Shown in pieces: positions 43,369 to 54,889 of a DNA stretch of 64,000 nt (the first letter of the stretch is position 1; each line of letters opens with the position of its first letter). The position numbers were made by a program, and so were the translations under genes. Under the pieces are notes generated by a model. It made no database searches and had not been told where the DNA came from. It saw only the letters and a list, made by a program, of their open reading frames with translations. Source of the DNA: an uncultured Alphaproteobacteria bacterium (GTDB lineage Bacteria > Pseudomonadota > Alphaproteobacteria > Acetobacterales > Acetobacteraceae); contig CAWEVM010000015.1 of the NCBI GenBank assembly GCA_963812505.1, positions 288,293-352,292 of the forward strand, in the 5' to 3' direction.

Positions 43369-44933
43369 ACGACTTCGGCGGTGGCATCCGGGCCGAGCGG
43401 CCGCTGTTCGAAGGTGCGGACTGGGAGTTCGGCACCATCCAGCGCGTGCACGATGCGATTGAAAAGATCGCGATCGGCGAACTCGGCCTCGACACCTATC
43501 CCAACCAGATCGAGATCATCGGTACCGAGCAAATGCTCGACGCCTATTCCTCAATCGGCATGCCGTTGTTCTACAAGCACTGGTCGTTCGGCAAGCACTT
43601 CGCCCGCAATGAGGCGATGTACCGCGCCGGCATGCAGGGCCTCGCCTATGAGATCGTGATCAACTCCAACCCATGCATCAGCTACATCATGGAGGAGAAC
43701 ACGGCGACGATGCAGACGTTGGTGATCGCCCACGCTGCATTCGGTCATAACCACTTTTTCAAGAACAACTACGTCTTCAAGCAGTGGACCGACGCCGATG
43801 GCATCCTCGACTATCTGGAGTTCGCCCGCGGCTACATCGCGCATTGCGAGGAGCGCTATGGCGAGGCGGCGGTGGAGCGTTTGCTGGATGCCGCTCACGC
43901 GTTGATGAGCCATGGCGTGCACCGTTATCCGCGCCGCCGTGCCGCCGACCTGCGCTCCGAAGAGCAGCGCGCCAAGGATCGGCGCGAGCACGAGGAGCAG
44001 GTCTTCAACGACCTGTGGCGCACGGTTCCAACCAAGGGGGCGGAAAAAGACGACAAGTCACTCGACGATCGCCGTCGTGCGCTGCTGCAGCTTCCGCAGG
44101 AGAATGTACTCTATTTCCTCGAGAAGACCGCGCCACGCCTGCAGCCCTGGCAGCGCGAGATTCTTCGCGTTGTCCGCATCATCGCGCAGTACTTCTATCC
44201 GCAGCAGCAGACCAAGCTGATGAACGAAGGCTGTGCCACCTATACGCACTATCGCATCATGAATCGCCTGCACGAGAAGGGGTTGCTGACCGACGGCAAC
44301 ATGGTGGAGTTCCTGCGCTCGCACACCAACGTGGTGTTCCAGCCGGACTTCGATGATCCCCGCTACTCCGGCATCAACCCCTACGCTCTCGGCTTTGCGA
44401 TGATGCGCGACATCGAGCGCATCTGCACCGAGCCGACCGCAGAAGACCAGCAGTGGTTCCCCGATATCGCAGGTGCCCCCGACCCGATGGCGGTCCTGCG
44501 CGACGTCTGGGCGAACTATCGCGACGAAAGCTTCATCCTGCAGTATCTCAGCCCCCGACTGATCCGCGACTTCGGGCTGTTCCATGTGCTGGATGACGCC
44601 AACGAACCTAACCTTAGCGTCGAGGCCATCCACGACGAACGGGGCTATCGCAAGATCCAGCGCGCGCTGGCGAAGCAGTACGACATCGCCTGGACACTGC
44701 CCGACATTCAGGTGGTGGACGTTAACTTGGCCGGCGACCGCCGCTTGATCCTGCACCACCGCGCACTCAACCGTGTTTTGCTGGAAGAGCGCGATGCGCG
44801 CTTCGTGCTGCAGCATCTGGCCGACCTATGGGGCTACGACGTGCTGATGAAAGAGGTCGACCCGGGAACCAACTCGGTTCTCAAAGAGCACGCCGCCACC
44901 CCGCGCGGCGGAATCGTCCAGCCCGATAGCTGA
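43365..44933 (+). CDS. spoVR: SpoVR/YcgB-family protein
   Basis: LAYEIVINSNPCISYIMEENTATMQTLVIAHAAFGHNHFFKNNY. ATGA overlap with yeaH. Confidence 0.95.
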   Translation: MNDFGGGIRAERPLFEGADWEFGTIQRVHDAIEKIAIGELGLDTYPNQIEIIGTEQMLDAYSSIGMPLFYKHWSFGKHFARNEAMYRAGMQGLAYEIVINSNPCISYIMEENTATMQTLVIAHAAFGHNHFFKNNYVFKQWTDADGILDYLEFARGYIAHCEERYGEAAVERLLDAAHALMSHGVHRYPRRRAADLRSEEQRAKDRREHEEQVFNDLWRTVPTKGAEKDDKSLDDRRRALLQLPQENVLYFLEKTAPRLQPWQREILRVVRIIAQYFYPQQQTKLMNEGCATYTHYRIMNRLHEKGLLTDGNMVEFLRSHTNVVFQPDFDDPRYSGINPYALGFAMMRDIERICTEPTAEDQQWFPDIAGAPDPMAVLRDVWANYRDESFILQYLSPRLIRDFGLFHVLDDANEPNLSVEAIHDERGYRKIQRALAKQYDIAWTLPDIQVVDVNLAGDRRLILHHRALNRVLLEERDARFVLQHLADLWGYDVLMKEVDPGTNSVLKEHAATPRGGIVQPDS

Positions 44934-44953
44934 CCAACCCGGCAACTGAGCAC

Positions 44954-44985
44954 AAAAAAAGCGGGCTGCGCGCCGCGCAGCCCGC
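44954..44985 (-). terminator. Intrinsic terminator (strong on the minus strand; the same hairpin closes spoVR on the plus strand)
   Basis: gcgggctgcgcg/cgcgcagcccgc hairpin at 44961-44985. The A7 run at 44954-44960 becomes a U-tract on the minus strand, downstream of gene 45006..45344. Confidence 0.8.
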
Positions 44986-45005
44986 AATCTCAATCCCTCA
45001 ATGGC

Positions 45006-45344
45006 TTAATGGCCGGAGCCGGCATCGTTCGAGCCGCCACCGCCGCTTGGATTGGAGCGTACCGGATTGGTCGCATCCGGTTGCGTCGACCCCGTCGGGC
45101 CCACCTTACCCGGGTACGACTGGGTGCTCATGCCTCTCCCGCCCGACTGCGAATAGTTATAGGTCGGCGCGCTCGAGTTTGGCGCGCTGCCAGTCGCCGG
45201 CGTGGGCTCTTGCGGGCTGCCCAACTGGGTGCCCGTCACCGACTGGCTGGACCCAGAGCCGGCGCCGCTGCCAGCCGCCATCGCGGTCGCCGTGCCGCTC
45301 GCCAGCAACGCTGCCATACTGAGAAGGCGCAATGTCTTCGTCAT
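45006..45344 (-). CDS. Small secreted Gly/Ser/Pro-rich protein
   Basis: ATG at 45344 follows AGGAGA. Signal peptide MTKTLRLLSMAALLASGTATAMA followed by a low-complexity mature part. Confidence 0.6.
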   Translation of the reverse strand: MTKTLRLLSMAALLASGTATAMAAGSGAGSGSSQSVTGTQLGSPQEPTPATGSAPNSSAPTYNYSQSGGRGMSTQSYPGKVGPTGSTQPDATNPVRSNPSGGGGSNDAGSGH

Positions 45345-45462
45345 AATTTCTCTCCTGTCGACTATCAGACGCAGCCACAGGAACGCGACGCGGGGCCGCG
45401 CGATGCATCGGTTCACGATAATTGGACCGCCGGCCGAGCCGCCAGCCGTCACAGCGCTATGA

Positions 45463-46113
45463 TTACTCCGCTGCCTTGGCGGGCAATGGCCAGTCCGCGA
45501 CATCGATCCGCGGCATGTCGAAGCGGTCGGTGGTGCGCGAGTACCACCCGCGGCCGTGCATACGACCGATCAGATCAAGCTTCGGTGTGTCCACGTAGCA
45601 CTTTTCGGCATCCAGAACGAACTCGTCGGCGATGTGAATAGCCACGACCTTGCCCAATACGACAGCGCGATCGACGCCCACTTCGACGATCACCAGCCGC
45701 TCGCATTCGAACGACACCGGACTTTCCGCAATGCGCGGCGGCTTCACACGTGACGACGGCGAGGTATGCAGTCCGGCCTCGGCCAGTTCATTCACCTGCT
45801 TGTCAAAATCGATCGCGGTGATGTTCATCTTCTCCGCCAGCGCGTTGCTGACCAGATTCACCACGAACTCGCCCGTGCGGCGGATGTTGCCACCGGTGTC
45901 CTTCACGTCGCCCGGACCACGGCCACCGATGCCAATCGCAACGACGGGCGGATTGCCCGACACCGCATTGAAGAAGGAGAACGGTGCGGCATTCACCGAG
46001 CCGTCTATGTCCTGCGTGGTCACCCATGCGATCGGGCGCGGCACCACGGTCGATACCAGCAGCTTATAGATATTCTCGTGTGTCGTCTTGTCGAATTCGA
46101 ACAGCATGGTCAT
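45463..46113 (-). CDS. Flavin reductase-like (FMN-binding split-barrel) protein
   Basis: LLVSTVVPRPIAWVTTQDIDGSVNAAPFSFFNAVSGNPPVV...TGEFVVNL. Confidence 0.85.
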   Translation of the reverse strand: MTMLFEFDKTTHENIYKLLVSTVVPRPIAWVTTQDIDGSVNAAPFSFFNAVSGNPPVVAIGIGGRGPGDVKDTGGNIRRTGEFVVNLVSNALAEKMNITAIDFDKQVNELAEAGLHTSPSSRVKPPRIAESPVSFECERLVIVEVGVDRAVVLGKVVAIHIADEFVLDAEKCYVDTPKLDLIGRMHGRGWYSRTTDRFDMPRIDVADWPLPAKAAE

Positions 46114-46179
46114 GCCTTGTCTACGGGGTCAGGCGAGCCTTGCGCGGGAATGCGCGCGTGTCCAGATGCGCGACGGCGA

Positions 46180-49119
46180 TCAGCGGATCAGCTCTGCCAT
46201 CCAGCGTGCCAGGCCGGCAAGTTCCGGCGTGGCGCTCGGTCGGTCGATCGACCCGGTCAGGTGGATCGCGATTTCAGGCGGGCTCGGCAACGACGGGTGC
46301 AGCGCGACGGTGACGTCGAGCGCTTGATTGGAAAGGTTCATGCCGCCGCTGACATGCGCCTCACCAGCGATACCGGTCAGAATGCCGGATCCGAGCACCA
46401 CATCGCCATGCGCGACGCTTGCGCCAAGCTCCAATCGATCAAAGCCCGTTGCCCCCGAGCGCAATGCATCACTCGCCGCTGCCTCCACCGACTTCGGATC
46501 CGGCCTCTCGACCGACAGTTTCAGACGGAACATGTCGAAACCCGACAGAGCGCCATCGTTCACGGTCAGCGTCCCAAGGCCACTGAGTGTCGCGAGAATT
46601 GCCGATGGACTATAGCCGCTCGCACGAAGCTTTGCGGTGGCATCGGCGCGGCCAGACAACAGGTCTATCGGCGCATCGGTCAACGGCCCCGCGATGATCG
46701 CATTGCTCAACCTGGCTTCCGCCGCAAGCGCCGGCGGATTAGCGGCGGCGTCGACTGCAAGGCTGCCGTTCACGGTTCCGGAGCCAAGTTTCGCAGTGAA
46801 ATTCTCAAGCCGCAATGCTCCACTTGCCACCGAGAGCGTGACTGCCGCGTCGCGCAGCGCCGGCCCCGCTCCCACGATCAGCTGATCAAACCCAAACTCT
46901 ACATTGCCTCGCCAGCCCTCCAGGACACCGAACGGCAACGGCACATCCGAGCCGCCGTTGGGCAGGGGCAGCGTCACCGCACCTAAATGGATATGGCCTG
47001 TCGTCCGCAGCTCCGCGCCGCTGTGATCGAGCGCGAGATCGCCGCGCGCACGAAGTGTCGACGCCGTTAAGTCGAACGGCGCCGCCTCAAAGCGTCCTGG
47101 TGCACCGGTCAAATGTGCCACCAAGCCCAGAGACCCGTCGTCCAGCCAGGCAGGCAGTTCGGGAAGACCCGCCCACTCGGGCAGACCGAGCATCCCGATC
47201 AGCCGACGCGCACCAGGATGATGCAACGCCAGCGTCGCGCTCCAGGCGCCCGATGTCAGATCGACCATCGGGCTCGCCTCGAGTTCCGCATCGGCCAGCG
47301 TAAGTCGCGCACTTGCGACCAGCGCCTGTTGCGGCCCAGCGAACTGCACCTCCAGCTTGGCCGGCCCGTGCCACAGTGCCGGCGTCGGTCTCCAGTCAGA
47401 GGGCAGTAGCTCCGATAGGGGCGCCGCATCACGCGTTTCAATGCTCAACTTCCCGCCGCTCAGCCTGCCGCCATCGCCAAGTGCCCCGGACATCGCGAAG
47501 TGCGCACCCCGCGCCGCACCCTCCGTCCGGCGCAGAAGAATGCCGCTGCCGTCAACCGCGGCATCAACCACCAGGTCATCGACTGTCACACCGGCCAAGG
47601 GCGCATGCGAGACGTTGAGCCGCAGATCGATATCAAGACCGGACGCTGCCTTGTACAGTTCGGCCAAGCTCGCCGGGCGCGAGGGTAGCCAGGGTTCGAG
47701 CGCCAGCCGGTCTGCCGACAGATCGACCGTGAGGCTGGGCGGGTCCAACCGCTTCAATCGCACCCCGCCCGAGATCGCCGCGTCATCCAGTGTCCCGTTG
47801 AGATGTTGCAGCGCGACATCGTTGCCATTGGCCACCACATGCGCGGACAGTTTGGCGCGCTGTGCCACGGCCTCCGGCAGTCCTGCCAACAGTCGCCTCG
47901 GAAGCCAGCCGGGCACCGCCTGATCCAGCCAACGCATTGTCGTCCGAAGCAGAGGCGCATCGAATCGCGCATCGCCCTCGAAGAGCAGCCGTGCCGGATC
48001 GTCCCGCGCGATATGTCCGCTCACTCGCAGCTTCCCGTTGCCGGGCAGGAACGCTTTGGCCTCGCGAACGACAAGCTCCTTGCCGACAAGGTCGATGGCG
48101 GCCTTCACATGCTCCAGCGTGCCGCCGGCCAGCGGCGCAGCCTCAGCAGAGAACTCGATCCCAATCGGCACGTCGATCCCGGCGATGGTAGTGCCGGCAC
48201 CCAGCAGCACGGGCAGCCAGGCATCCAGGCTGAGCCGGCTTGCCGCCAAAGCGATGTCGAGCCGCGGGTCTGGCGCGACGCGCAGCGCCACGGCTCCCTT
48301 GGCCGGCGAGCCGCCGATCTCCATTGCCGCATCGTTGACCGCCGCCACACCGCTGCCGACCGTCAGTCGTCCATCCACGCGGAACGGGACGCGCGGTGCC
48401 GACACCAGTACCGCGAGATTCGGCCCGCGGCTCGCAATCATGCCTGCGAGCGTTCCGTCTTGTGCCAACTGGCCGGTGAAGCTTGCCCCCAGGCCATTGG
48501 CCGCGCCCTCCCCATCCAGCGTCACATCCAGCCCGGCAGCGCCATCGCGGCCTGCAGCAGTGAGTCGTGCGGTGAAGTGCCAATCCTGACCGGTGAACTG
48601 CGCCGTCCCCGATGCCGACAGCGCGCCAGTGTCAAGCGTCGCCAGCGTCGCATTGATGCCGGTGAAAGCCACTCGTCCGATCGTCAGCCGGCCGTCCTCG
48701 ATCCGCGCCGCGAACGCCGCCAGCCAGGCCGGCGGCCGCGGAAGAAGCATGCCCGGCTCTGCCGGCCAGGGGATGCGCAGATCAGGGCCGCCCAGCACGA
48801 GCTCGCGCGCATCCACGCGTCCCCCGATCAGCGGCCAGAAAGCGATACGCAGCCGCAGCGCCTGCACTCGGATCGAAAGATCAGCCGGTCCGTTGCCGCC
48901 GATGTTGACCTGGGCCGCAGTCAACTCAGGCTGCGGCAGCAGCGTGAGTGAGATCGGTCCGCTGATCGTGACTGGCTGGCCAAGTGTCGCAGTCGCCAGC
49001 ACCTCGATGGTCGTTCGATAGCGCGTCCAGTCGAGCCATTGCGGCACTTGCCAGACCGCCAGCAACAGCAACGCACCGACTGCTCCGACCGCGACCAGCA
49101 CTGCACGCCAACGCGGCAC
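46180..49119 (-). CDS. AsmA-family outer-membrane biogenesis protein
   Basis: 979 aa with an N-terminal anchor (MPRWRAVLVAVGAVGALLLLAVW), then a long repetitive beta-rich body and an AsmA-like C-terminus. Confidence 0.8.
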   Translation of the reverse strand: MPRWRAVLVAVGAVGALLLLAVWQVPQWLDWTRYRTTIEVLATATLGQPVTISGPISLTLLPQPELTAAQVNIGGNGPADLSIRVQALRLRIAFWPLIGGRVDARELVLGGPDLRIPWPAEPGMLLPRPPAWLAAFAARIEDGRLTIGRVAFTGINATLATLDTGALSASGTAQFTGQDWHFTARLTAAGRDGAAGLDVTLDGEGAANGLGASFTGQLAQDGTLAGMIASRGPNLAVLVSAPRVPFRVDGRLTVGSGVAAVNDAAMEIGGSPAKGAVALRVAPDPRLDIALAASRLSLDAWLPVLLGAGTTIAGIDVPIGIEFSAEAAPLAGGTLEHVKAAIDLVGKELVVREAKAFLPGNGKLRVSGHIARDDPARLLFEGDARFDAPLLRTTMRWLDQAVPGWLPRRLLAGLPEAVAQRAKLSAHVVANGNDVALQHLNGTLDDAAISGGVRLKRLDPPSLTVDLSADRLALEPWLPSRPASLAELYKAASGLDIDLRLNVSHAPLAGVTVDDLVVDAAVDGSGILLRRTEGAARGAHFAMSGALGDGGRLSGGKLSIETRDAAPLSELLPSDWRPTPALWHGPAKLEVQFAGPQQALVASARLTLADAELEASPMVDLTSGAWSATLALHHPGARRLIGMLGLPEWAGLPELPAWLDDGSLGLVAHLTGAPGRFEAAPFDLTASTLRARGDLALDHSGAELRTTGHIHLGAVTLPLPNGGSDVPLPFGVLEGWRGNVEFGFDQLIVGAGPALRDAAVTLSVASGALRLENFTAKLGSGTVNGSLAVDAAANPPALAAEARLSNAIIAGPLTDAPIDLLSGRADATAKLRASGYSPSAILATLSGLGTLTVNDGALSGFDMFRLKLSVERPDPKSVEAAASDALRSGATGFDRLELGASVAHGDVVLGSGILTGIAGEAHVSGGMNLSNQALDVTVALHPSLPSPPEIAIHLTGSIDRPSATPELAGLARWMAELIR

Positions 49120-49120
49120 G

Positions 49121-52100
49121 TCAGGATTGGGCGCCGTAACCGCCGCCGCCCGGCGTCTCGATCACGAACACATCGCCAGGGTTCAACTCAGCGCTGTCAG
49201 TCCCAGTGAGAACCTCGTGCGTGCCGTCGGCGCGCTCCACCCATTGCCGACCAACCGCGCCGTCTTCGCCGGCCTCAAGCCCAAAAGGTGCGACATTGCG
49301 GCGCGAGGAAACGATCACCGCAGTCATCGGTTCGAGGAACCGCACACGGCGAATGGCGCCGTCGCCGCCTTGCCACTTCCCGGCACCGCCGGACCCGCGA
49401 CGAATCGCGAAACGCTCCAGCCGCACCGGATAGCGCAGTTCCAGCACCTCGGGGTCGGTCATCCGCGTGTTGGTCATGTGCGAGTGGATCGCCGACGTCC
49501 CGTCGAATCCTGGACCCGCGCCGGTGCCGCCGCAGATGGTCTCGTAGTATTGCCGGCGCGCATCGCCGAACAGGAAGTTGTTCATCGTGGCCTGCGAACA
49601 GGCGATCGGCTTCAGCGCGCCGAACAGCGCGTTGCAGGTCGCCTGCGAGACCTCGGTGTTGCCGGCGACCACCGCCGCACCCGGTGTGGGCGAGAGGAAC
49701 GTGCCGGCCGGAATGACGAGGTGCAGCGGCTTGAGGCAACCGTCGTTCAGCGGAATGTCGTCCGCCACCAATGTGCGGAATACATACAGCACCGCAGCGC
49801 GCGTGACCGCAGGCGGCGAATTGAAGTTGCCCTCGCTCTGCCGTCCGGTGCCGGTGAAATCCACCACCGCGCTGCGCGTCGCGCGATCGACGCTGACAGC
49901 GACGCGCAACGGCAAACCGCTGTCCATGGTGTACTCGAACGCGCCGCTGCCAAGACGGTCGATCACCCGCCGCACCAACTCCTCGGCATTGTCCATCACG
50001 TGACGCATGTACGCGCTGACCACCGGCCAGCCATACAGCGCGACGACGCGCTGCAACTCCTGCACGCCCTTCTCGTTCGCCGCCACCTGCGCCTTGATGT
50101 CGGCCACGTTCACGTCAGGGCTGCGCGCCGGATATTTCGCACCGGCCAGCAATGCGCGCAGTTCCGCCTCGCGAAACTGTCCTCCATCGACCAGCAAAAA
50201 ATCGTCGATCACCACGCCTTCCTCTTCGAGGGTGCGCGATACGGGCGGCGTGGAGCCAGGCGTGATGCCCCCGATGTCGGCATGATGGCCGCGGCTGCCG
50301 ACGAAGAACATGATCGTTCCGCCGGTCTCGTCAAACACCGGCGTTATCACGGTGACGTCTGGCAGATGTGTGCCACCGTTGAATGGGTTGTTCAGTGCAA
50401 CCACATCGCCCGGCTTCAGCGTGTTACGCCGGTTGTTCAACACGGTCCGCACGCTCTCCCCCATCGCGCCAAGATGCACCGGTACGTGCGGCGCGTTCGC
50501 CACCAGGAAGCCCTCCGCGTCAAATATGGCGCAGGAGAAGTCCAGCCGCTCCTTTATGTTGACGCTCATCGACGTGTTCTGCAGCACCGCACCAGTCTGC
50601 TCGGCCACATTCATGAACAAGTTGTTAAACAGCTCCAGCAACACCGGATCGGGCCTGCCGCTGCTGGCGTCAACGCGCGTCGCGAGCCGCTCCGTGCGAC
50701 GCAGCATCATGTGATCAAGTTGGGTGATTTCCGCAGTCCAGCCAGGTTCCACCACGGTCGTGGCGTTCGCCTCGCGGATCAGCGCCGGACCGGCGATGCT
50801 GTCACCCGCCAGCAGGTCGGTGCGATCGAACACCGGCGCCGTATGTTCCTTCCCGCCCGTGAACATCTGGATAGTGTCGATCGTCCGCGGAGCACCGCTT
50901 GTGCGGGTAGGCAGCGTCGCTTCCTCCACCGTCTCGCCCGGCGCGATTGCCTCGACCGCGACAGCCTCGACCACCAGCGGTCGGTCAGGCGTCGCGAAGC
51001 CAAAGCGCGCCCGATGCGCCGCGGTGAAGTCGGCGACGATTTCCGGCTCGTCGCGCAGCGGCACGATCAGCGCGGCCTCGGTGCCGGCATACCGCAGATG
51101 CAGGTTTCGCTGTGCCGTGATGTGCGCCGGATCCGCGCCTTGCCCAGCGAGCGCCTCGGTTGCCTCGTCAGCGAGTCGGTCGGCGAGCTCCCGCAGCTCC
51201 GACATGGCGTGCGGCTCCAACGGGATCTCCACGGCCTGTTCGCGCATGACCGTCTGGTCAGCAAGACCCATGCCATACGCCGACAGCACTCCGGCAAACG
51301 GATGGATGAAAACCGTCTCCATCCCGAGCGCGTCGGCCACCAGACAGGCGTGCTGCCCGCCTGCCCCGCCGAAGCATTGCAGAGCAAAGCGCGAGGCGTC
51401 ATGGCCCTTCTGCACCGACACCTGCTTGATGGCGTTCGCCATGTTCGCGACGGCGATCTGCAGATACCCTTCCGCCACCTGCTGCGGGTTGCGCTGCTGC
51501 CCGGTCGCTCGCTCGATCTCTTCCGCCAGTGCCGCGAACTTGGCCGCCACGATGTCGGCATCGAGCGGTGCATCGCCGTTGGGCCCAAAGATCGCCGGAA
51601 AGTGCCGCGGTTGGATCTTGCCAACGCAGACATTGGCGTCCGTCACCGTCAGCGGCCCTCCGCGCCGATAACATGCCGGCCCCGGATCGGCGCCGGCCGA
51701 ATCAGGGCCGACGCGGAAGCGCGCGCCGTCAAAATGCAGGATCGACCCCCCGCCGGCCGCCACCGTGTTGATTGCCATCATCGGCGCCCGCATACGCACG
51801 CCGGCCACCGCGGTCTCGAAGGCGCGCTCGAAGCCGCCCGCGTACAGCGCGACATCGGTCGACGTGCCACCCATGTCGAAGCCGATGATGTGGTCCAGCC
51901 CCGCCATTCCCGCGGTGCGCGCGGCCCCCACGATGCCGCCGGCCGGACCGGACAGGATCGCGTCTTTGCCCTGAAACCCGGCCGCATCCGCCAGCCCACC
52001 GTTCGACTGCATGAAATACAGCCGCGCGTCGCCAAGCTCTGCGGCCACCTGATCGACATAGCGGCGCAGAATGGGCGACAGATAGGCGTCCACCACCGTC

Positions 52101-52726
52101 GTGTCGCCGCGTGGCACCAATCGCAACAGCGGGCTGACCGCATGGCTCGCGGAGACCTGAGCAAACCCGGCTTCACGCGCAAGATCGGCGAGGCGACGCT
52201 CGTGTTCAGGATACTTCCAGGCGTGTATCAGCACGATGGCGCAGGCCATGATGCCCTTGGCACGGACACTGGCAAACGCGCGCCGCGCGGCGGCTTCATC
52301 CAGCGCCTCTATCTCGTCGCCATCTACGCCGACACGGCCGGCGACCTCCACCACCTCTTCGTAGAGCATCGACGGCAGCGTGATCGCCAAATCGAACAGC
52401 CGCGGCCGCGCCTGGTTGCCGATGCGCAGCGCGTCAGCGAAGCCACGATTCACCACGAGCAACGTGCGCTCGCCCTTGCGCTCGAGCAGCGCGTTCGTGG
52501 CGACGGTGGTGCCCATCTTCACCGCCTCCACCACGCCCGCCGGGATCGGCGCATCGAGCGAAAGACCAAGTACCGTCTTGATCCCAGCGATCGCGGCATC
52601 GCGGTATCGCCCGGGATTCTCGCTGAGCAGCTTGTGTGTCGTGAGATGCCCATCCGGGTCGCGTGCGACGATGTCGGTGAACGTGCCGCCGCGGTCGATC
52701 CAGAACTGCCACTTGCCGGAAGTCAT
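49121..52726 (-). CDS. Fused hydantoinase/oxoprolinase (HyuA-HyuB; 5-oxoprolinase-like, ATP-hydrolysing)
   Basis: Start at [26 protein letters not shown] (ATG at 52726), ~1201 aa. The ORF-track N-terminal extension overlaps the upstream gene. Confidence 0.9.
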   Translation of the reverse strand: MTSGKWQFWIDRGGTFTDIVARDPDGHLTTHKLLSENPGRYRDAAIAGIKTVLGLSLDAPIPAGVVEAVKMGTTVATNALLERKGERTLLVVNRGFADALRIGNQARPRLFDLAITLPSMLYEEVVEVAGRVGVDGDEIEALDEAAARRAFASVRAKGIMACAIVLIHAWKYPEHERRLADLAREAGFAQVSASHAVSPLLRLVPRGDTTVVDAYLSPILRRYVDQVAAELGDARLYFMQSNGGLADAAGFQGKDAILSGPAGGIVGAARTAGMAGLDHIIGFDMGGTSTDVALYAGGFERAFETAVAGVRMRAPMMAINTVAAGGGSILHFDGARFRVGPDSAGADPGPACYRRGGPLTVTDANVCVGKIQPRHFPAIFGPNGDAPLDADIVAAKFAALAEEIERATGQQRNPQQVAEGYLQIAVANMANAIKQVSVQKGHDASRFALQCFGGAGGQHACLVADALGMETVFIHPFAGVLSAYGMGLADQTVMREQAVEIPLEPHAMSELRELADRLADEATEALAGQGADPAHITAQRNLHLRYAGTEAALIVPLRDEPEIVADFTAAHRARFGFATPDRPLVVEAVAVEAIAPGETVEEATLPTRTSGAPRTIDTIQMFTGGKEHTAPVFDRTDLLAGDSIAGPALIREANATTVVEPGWTAEITQLDHMMLRRTERLATRVDASSGRPDPVLLELFNNLFMNVAEQTGAVLQNTSMSVNIKERLDFSCAIFDAEGFLVANAPHVPVHLGAMGESVRTVLNNRRNTLKPGDVVALNNPFNGGTHLPDVTVITPVFDETGGTIMFFVGSRGHHADIGGITPGSTPPVSRTLEEEGVVIDDFLLVDGGQFREAELRALLAGAKYPARSPDVNVADIKAQVAANEKGVQELQRVVALYGWPVVSAYMRHVMDNAEELVRRVIDRLGSGAFEYTMDSGLPLRVAVSVDRATRSAVVDFTGTGRQSEGNFNSPPAVTRAAVLYVFRTLVADDIPLNDGCLKPLHLVIPAGTFLSPTPGAAVVAGNTEVSQATCNALFGALKPIACSQATMNNFLFGDARRQYYETICGGTGAGPGFDGTSAIHSHMTNTRMTDPEVLELRYPVRLERFAIRRGSGGAGKWQGGDGAIRRVRFLEPMTAVIVSSRRNVAPFGLEAGEDGAVGRQWVERADGTHEVLTGTDSAELNPGDVFVIETPGGGGYGAQS

Positions 52727-52743
52727 CAGGTCACGGTCCTTAC

Positions 52744-53532
52744 TCAGGCCTGCCACGGCAATTCCCACAGGTCCACATTGCACAGCTTGTCCGCCAGCGC
52801 GGTGGCAATCGCCTCGAACAGCCGCTCGCCCTTTTCTGCGGTTGCCGTATCGGGATTGCCGATCACCCCGGACGAAGACCGTGCAGCGACGGTGCGCCAA
52901 CGGTACACGCCGCCGCCAACCACATCGGCGACGTCCGGCGAGCTGTTCGCCTTCGCCAGTCCCACGCGGTCCATCGCCACCAGCTCCGGCCGCACAGCCA
53001 GCATCATCGAGGTCTCTGCCTCGCAGGCATGCATCAGAGCGGACTGTGTCTCCAGGATTCTGGCGATCGCCACGGCCGCCGCGTACCAATACGTGAACTG
53101 CACGATCGGCGCGCCGAGCTTCGGCGTCAGCTCGTCGGTGATGGTGCGCAACGCGTTCTCGTTGCCGCCATGTGCGTTCAGCAGAACGATCCGCTTGAAC
53201 CCGTGGCGCAGCACCGAGCGGCAGACGTCCTCCACCACCGCGCTGAACGCCGGTAGGCCCAGCGTGATCGTTCCGCCAAAGCTCATGTGATGCTCGGACA
53301 GCCCGGTCCACATGACCGGCAGCACCACCGCATGACTGCCGCGTTCGGCGACCTTGCGTGCGGCGCGGACAGCGACCGTTTCACCCAGCATAGAATCCAC
53401 CTCGACCGGCAGATGCGGTCCGTGCTGTTCTAACGACGCAACCGGAAGGATCACGATGGCGTCAGCCCGTGCCATCTCCCGCAACTGGTCAGCACGCAGT
53501 TTCCGCCACTCCACCTCGGAGGATCCCGCCAT
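52744..53532 (-). CDS. Creatininase-fold amidohydrolase family protein
   Basis: [20 protein letters not shown]...VLLNAHGGN...[11 protein letters not shown]. Start MAGSSEVEW at 53532. Confidence 0.85.
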   Translation of the reverse strand: MAGSSEVEWRKLRADQLREMARADAIVILPVASLEQHGPHLPVEVDSMLGETVAVRAARKVAERGSHAVVLPVMWTGLSEHHMSFGGTITLGLPAFSAVVEDVCRSVLRHGFKRIVLLNAHGGNENALRTITDELTPKLGAPIVQFTYWYAAAVAIARILETQSALMHACEAETSMMLAVRPELVAMDRVGLAKANSSPDVADVVGGGVYRWRTVAARSSSGVIGNPDTATAEKGERLFEAIATALADKLCNVDLWELPWQA

Positions 53533-53599
53533 CGCCAATCTCCCTGCCCTGGCGTAGCAATGGGCCACGAAACCGGACCCGCGAAAAGGGACATCGTGG

Positions 53600-54889
53600 A
53601 TGAATCTGCATCGGCTGCTGGTGAAGCGCCTCGAGCAAGGACGACCAGTGCGGGTAGGGCTTATCGGTGCCGGCAAGTTCGGCTCGATGTTCCTCGCGCA
53701 GGTGCCATCCACGCCCGGGATCGAGGTTGCGGCGATCGCCGACCTCGCACCCGATCGTGCGCGCGAGGCGTGCCGGCGCGTCGGCTGGAACGACGAACGC
53801 ATCGCGGCGACGCGCTTCACCGATGACGCGCCTGCGATGCTGCGGTCGGCGGACATCGAGGTTGTGGTGGAAGCGACCGGCCACGCTCCCGCCGGCATCG
53901 TGCACGCCCGACGCGCGATCGCCGAGGGCAAACATATCGTGATGGTCAATGTCGAGGCCGATGTGCTGGCAGGTTTCGCGCTGGCGCAGGAGGCGGCTCG
54001 CGCCGATGTTGTGTATTCGCTGGCCTATGGCGATCAGCCCGCGCTGATCTGCGAGCTGGTCGATTGGGCACGTGCCTGCGGCTTCCGCGTGCTCGCCGCG
54101 GGAAAGGGCACGAAGTACCTGCCGGAATATCATGCTTCCACACCGGCGACCGTATGGGGCTACTACGGCCTAACCGACCAGCAGGCTCGCATCGGCGGGA
54201 TGAACCCGCAGATGTTCAACTCGTTCCTCGACGGCACGAAGTCAGGCATCGAAATGGCGGCGGTCGCGAATGCCACCGGCCTCGCGGTGCCGTCGGACGG
54301 TCTCGGCTTTCCTGCATATGGCACGCAGGAGTTGGCCGATGGGCTGGGACACATGACGGGACAGGTCGAGGTCGTCTCCAGTCTGCGCCGCAACGGAAGC
54401 GACGTGACCAACGACCTGCGCTGGGGTGTCTATGTCGTGTTCGAGGCACCGAACGGTTACACGGCGCGCTGCTTCAAGGAATACGGCGTGATGACGGACG
54501 CGTCGGGACGCGTGTCGGCGCTGTATCGGCCGTTCCATCTGATCGGGCTGGAGCTGAACATCTCGATCCTGTCGGCCGCACTGCGCGGCGAGGCGACCGG
54601 CGCGCCTACAGCCTTCCGTGGTGATGTCGTCGCCACAGCGAAGCGCGATCTGCGCAAGGGTGAGATGCTGGATGGCGAAGGGGGCGCCTGCGTCTGGGGC
54701 AGGTTGTTGTCTGCTCGCGTCAGTCTGGAGATCGGAGGTTTGCCGATCGGCCTGGCGAACCACGTGACACTGACCCGGGATGTGCCGTTAGGGCAGTGCC
54801 TCACGTGGGATGACGTGCGGATGAATGACGTAGATGACGCGTATCGCTACCGGCGAGAGATGGAAACGCAGGCATTGCGGGATCAGTAG
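53600..54889 (+). CDS. NAD(P)-binding oxidoreductase with a C-terminal SAF domain (homoserine-dehydrogenase-like fold)
   Basis: VRVGLIGAGKFGSMFLAQ Rossmann motif. C-terminal DVVATAKRDLRKGEMLDGEGG is SAF-like. Confidence 0.75.
   Translation: MNLHRLLVKRLEQGRPVRVGLIGAGKFGSMFLAQVPSTPGIEVAAIADLAPDRAREACRRVGWNDERIAATRFTDDAPAMLRSADIEVVVEATGHAPAGIVHARRAIAEGKHIVMVNVEADVLAGFALAQEAARADVVYSLAYGDQPALICELVDWARACGFRVLAAGKGTKYLPEYHASTPATVWGYYGLTDQQARIGGMNPQMFNSFLDGTKSGIEMAAVANATGLAVPSDGLGFPAYGTQELADGLGHMTGQVEVVSSLRRNGSDVTNDLRWGVYVVFEAPNGYTARCFKEYGVMTDASGRVSALYRPFHLIGLELNISILSAALRGEATGAPTAFRGDVVATAKRDLRKGEMLDGEGGACVWGRLLSARVSLEIGGLPIGLANHVTLTRDVPLGQCLTWDDVRMNDVDDAYRYRREMETQALRDQ

Noticed and set aside
49127-53290. 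A 1387-aa ORF on the plus strand, exactly antisense to the oxoprolinase and creatininase genes. Similar long antisense ORFs occur at 1352..3256, 40670..41935, 44058..44816 and 58434..59726.
   Set aside because: These are typical shadow ORFs of GC-rich genomes. The translations are Arg/Ala/Gly/His-rich junk without motifs, while the opposite strand encodes clearly recognisable proteins over the same span.
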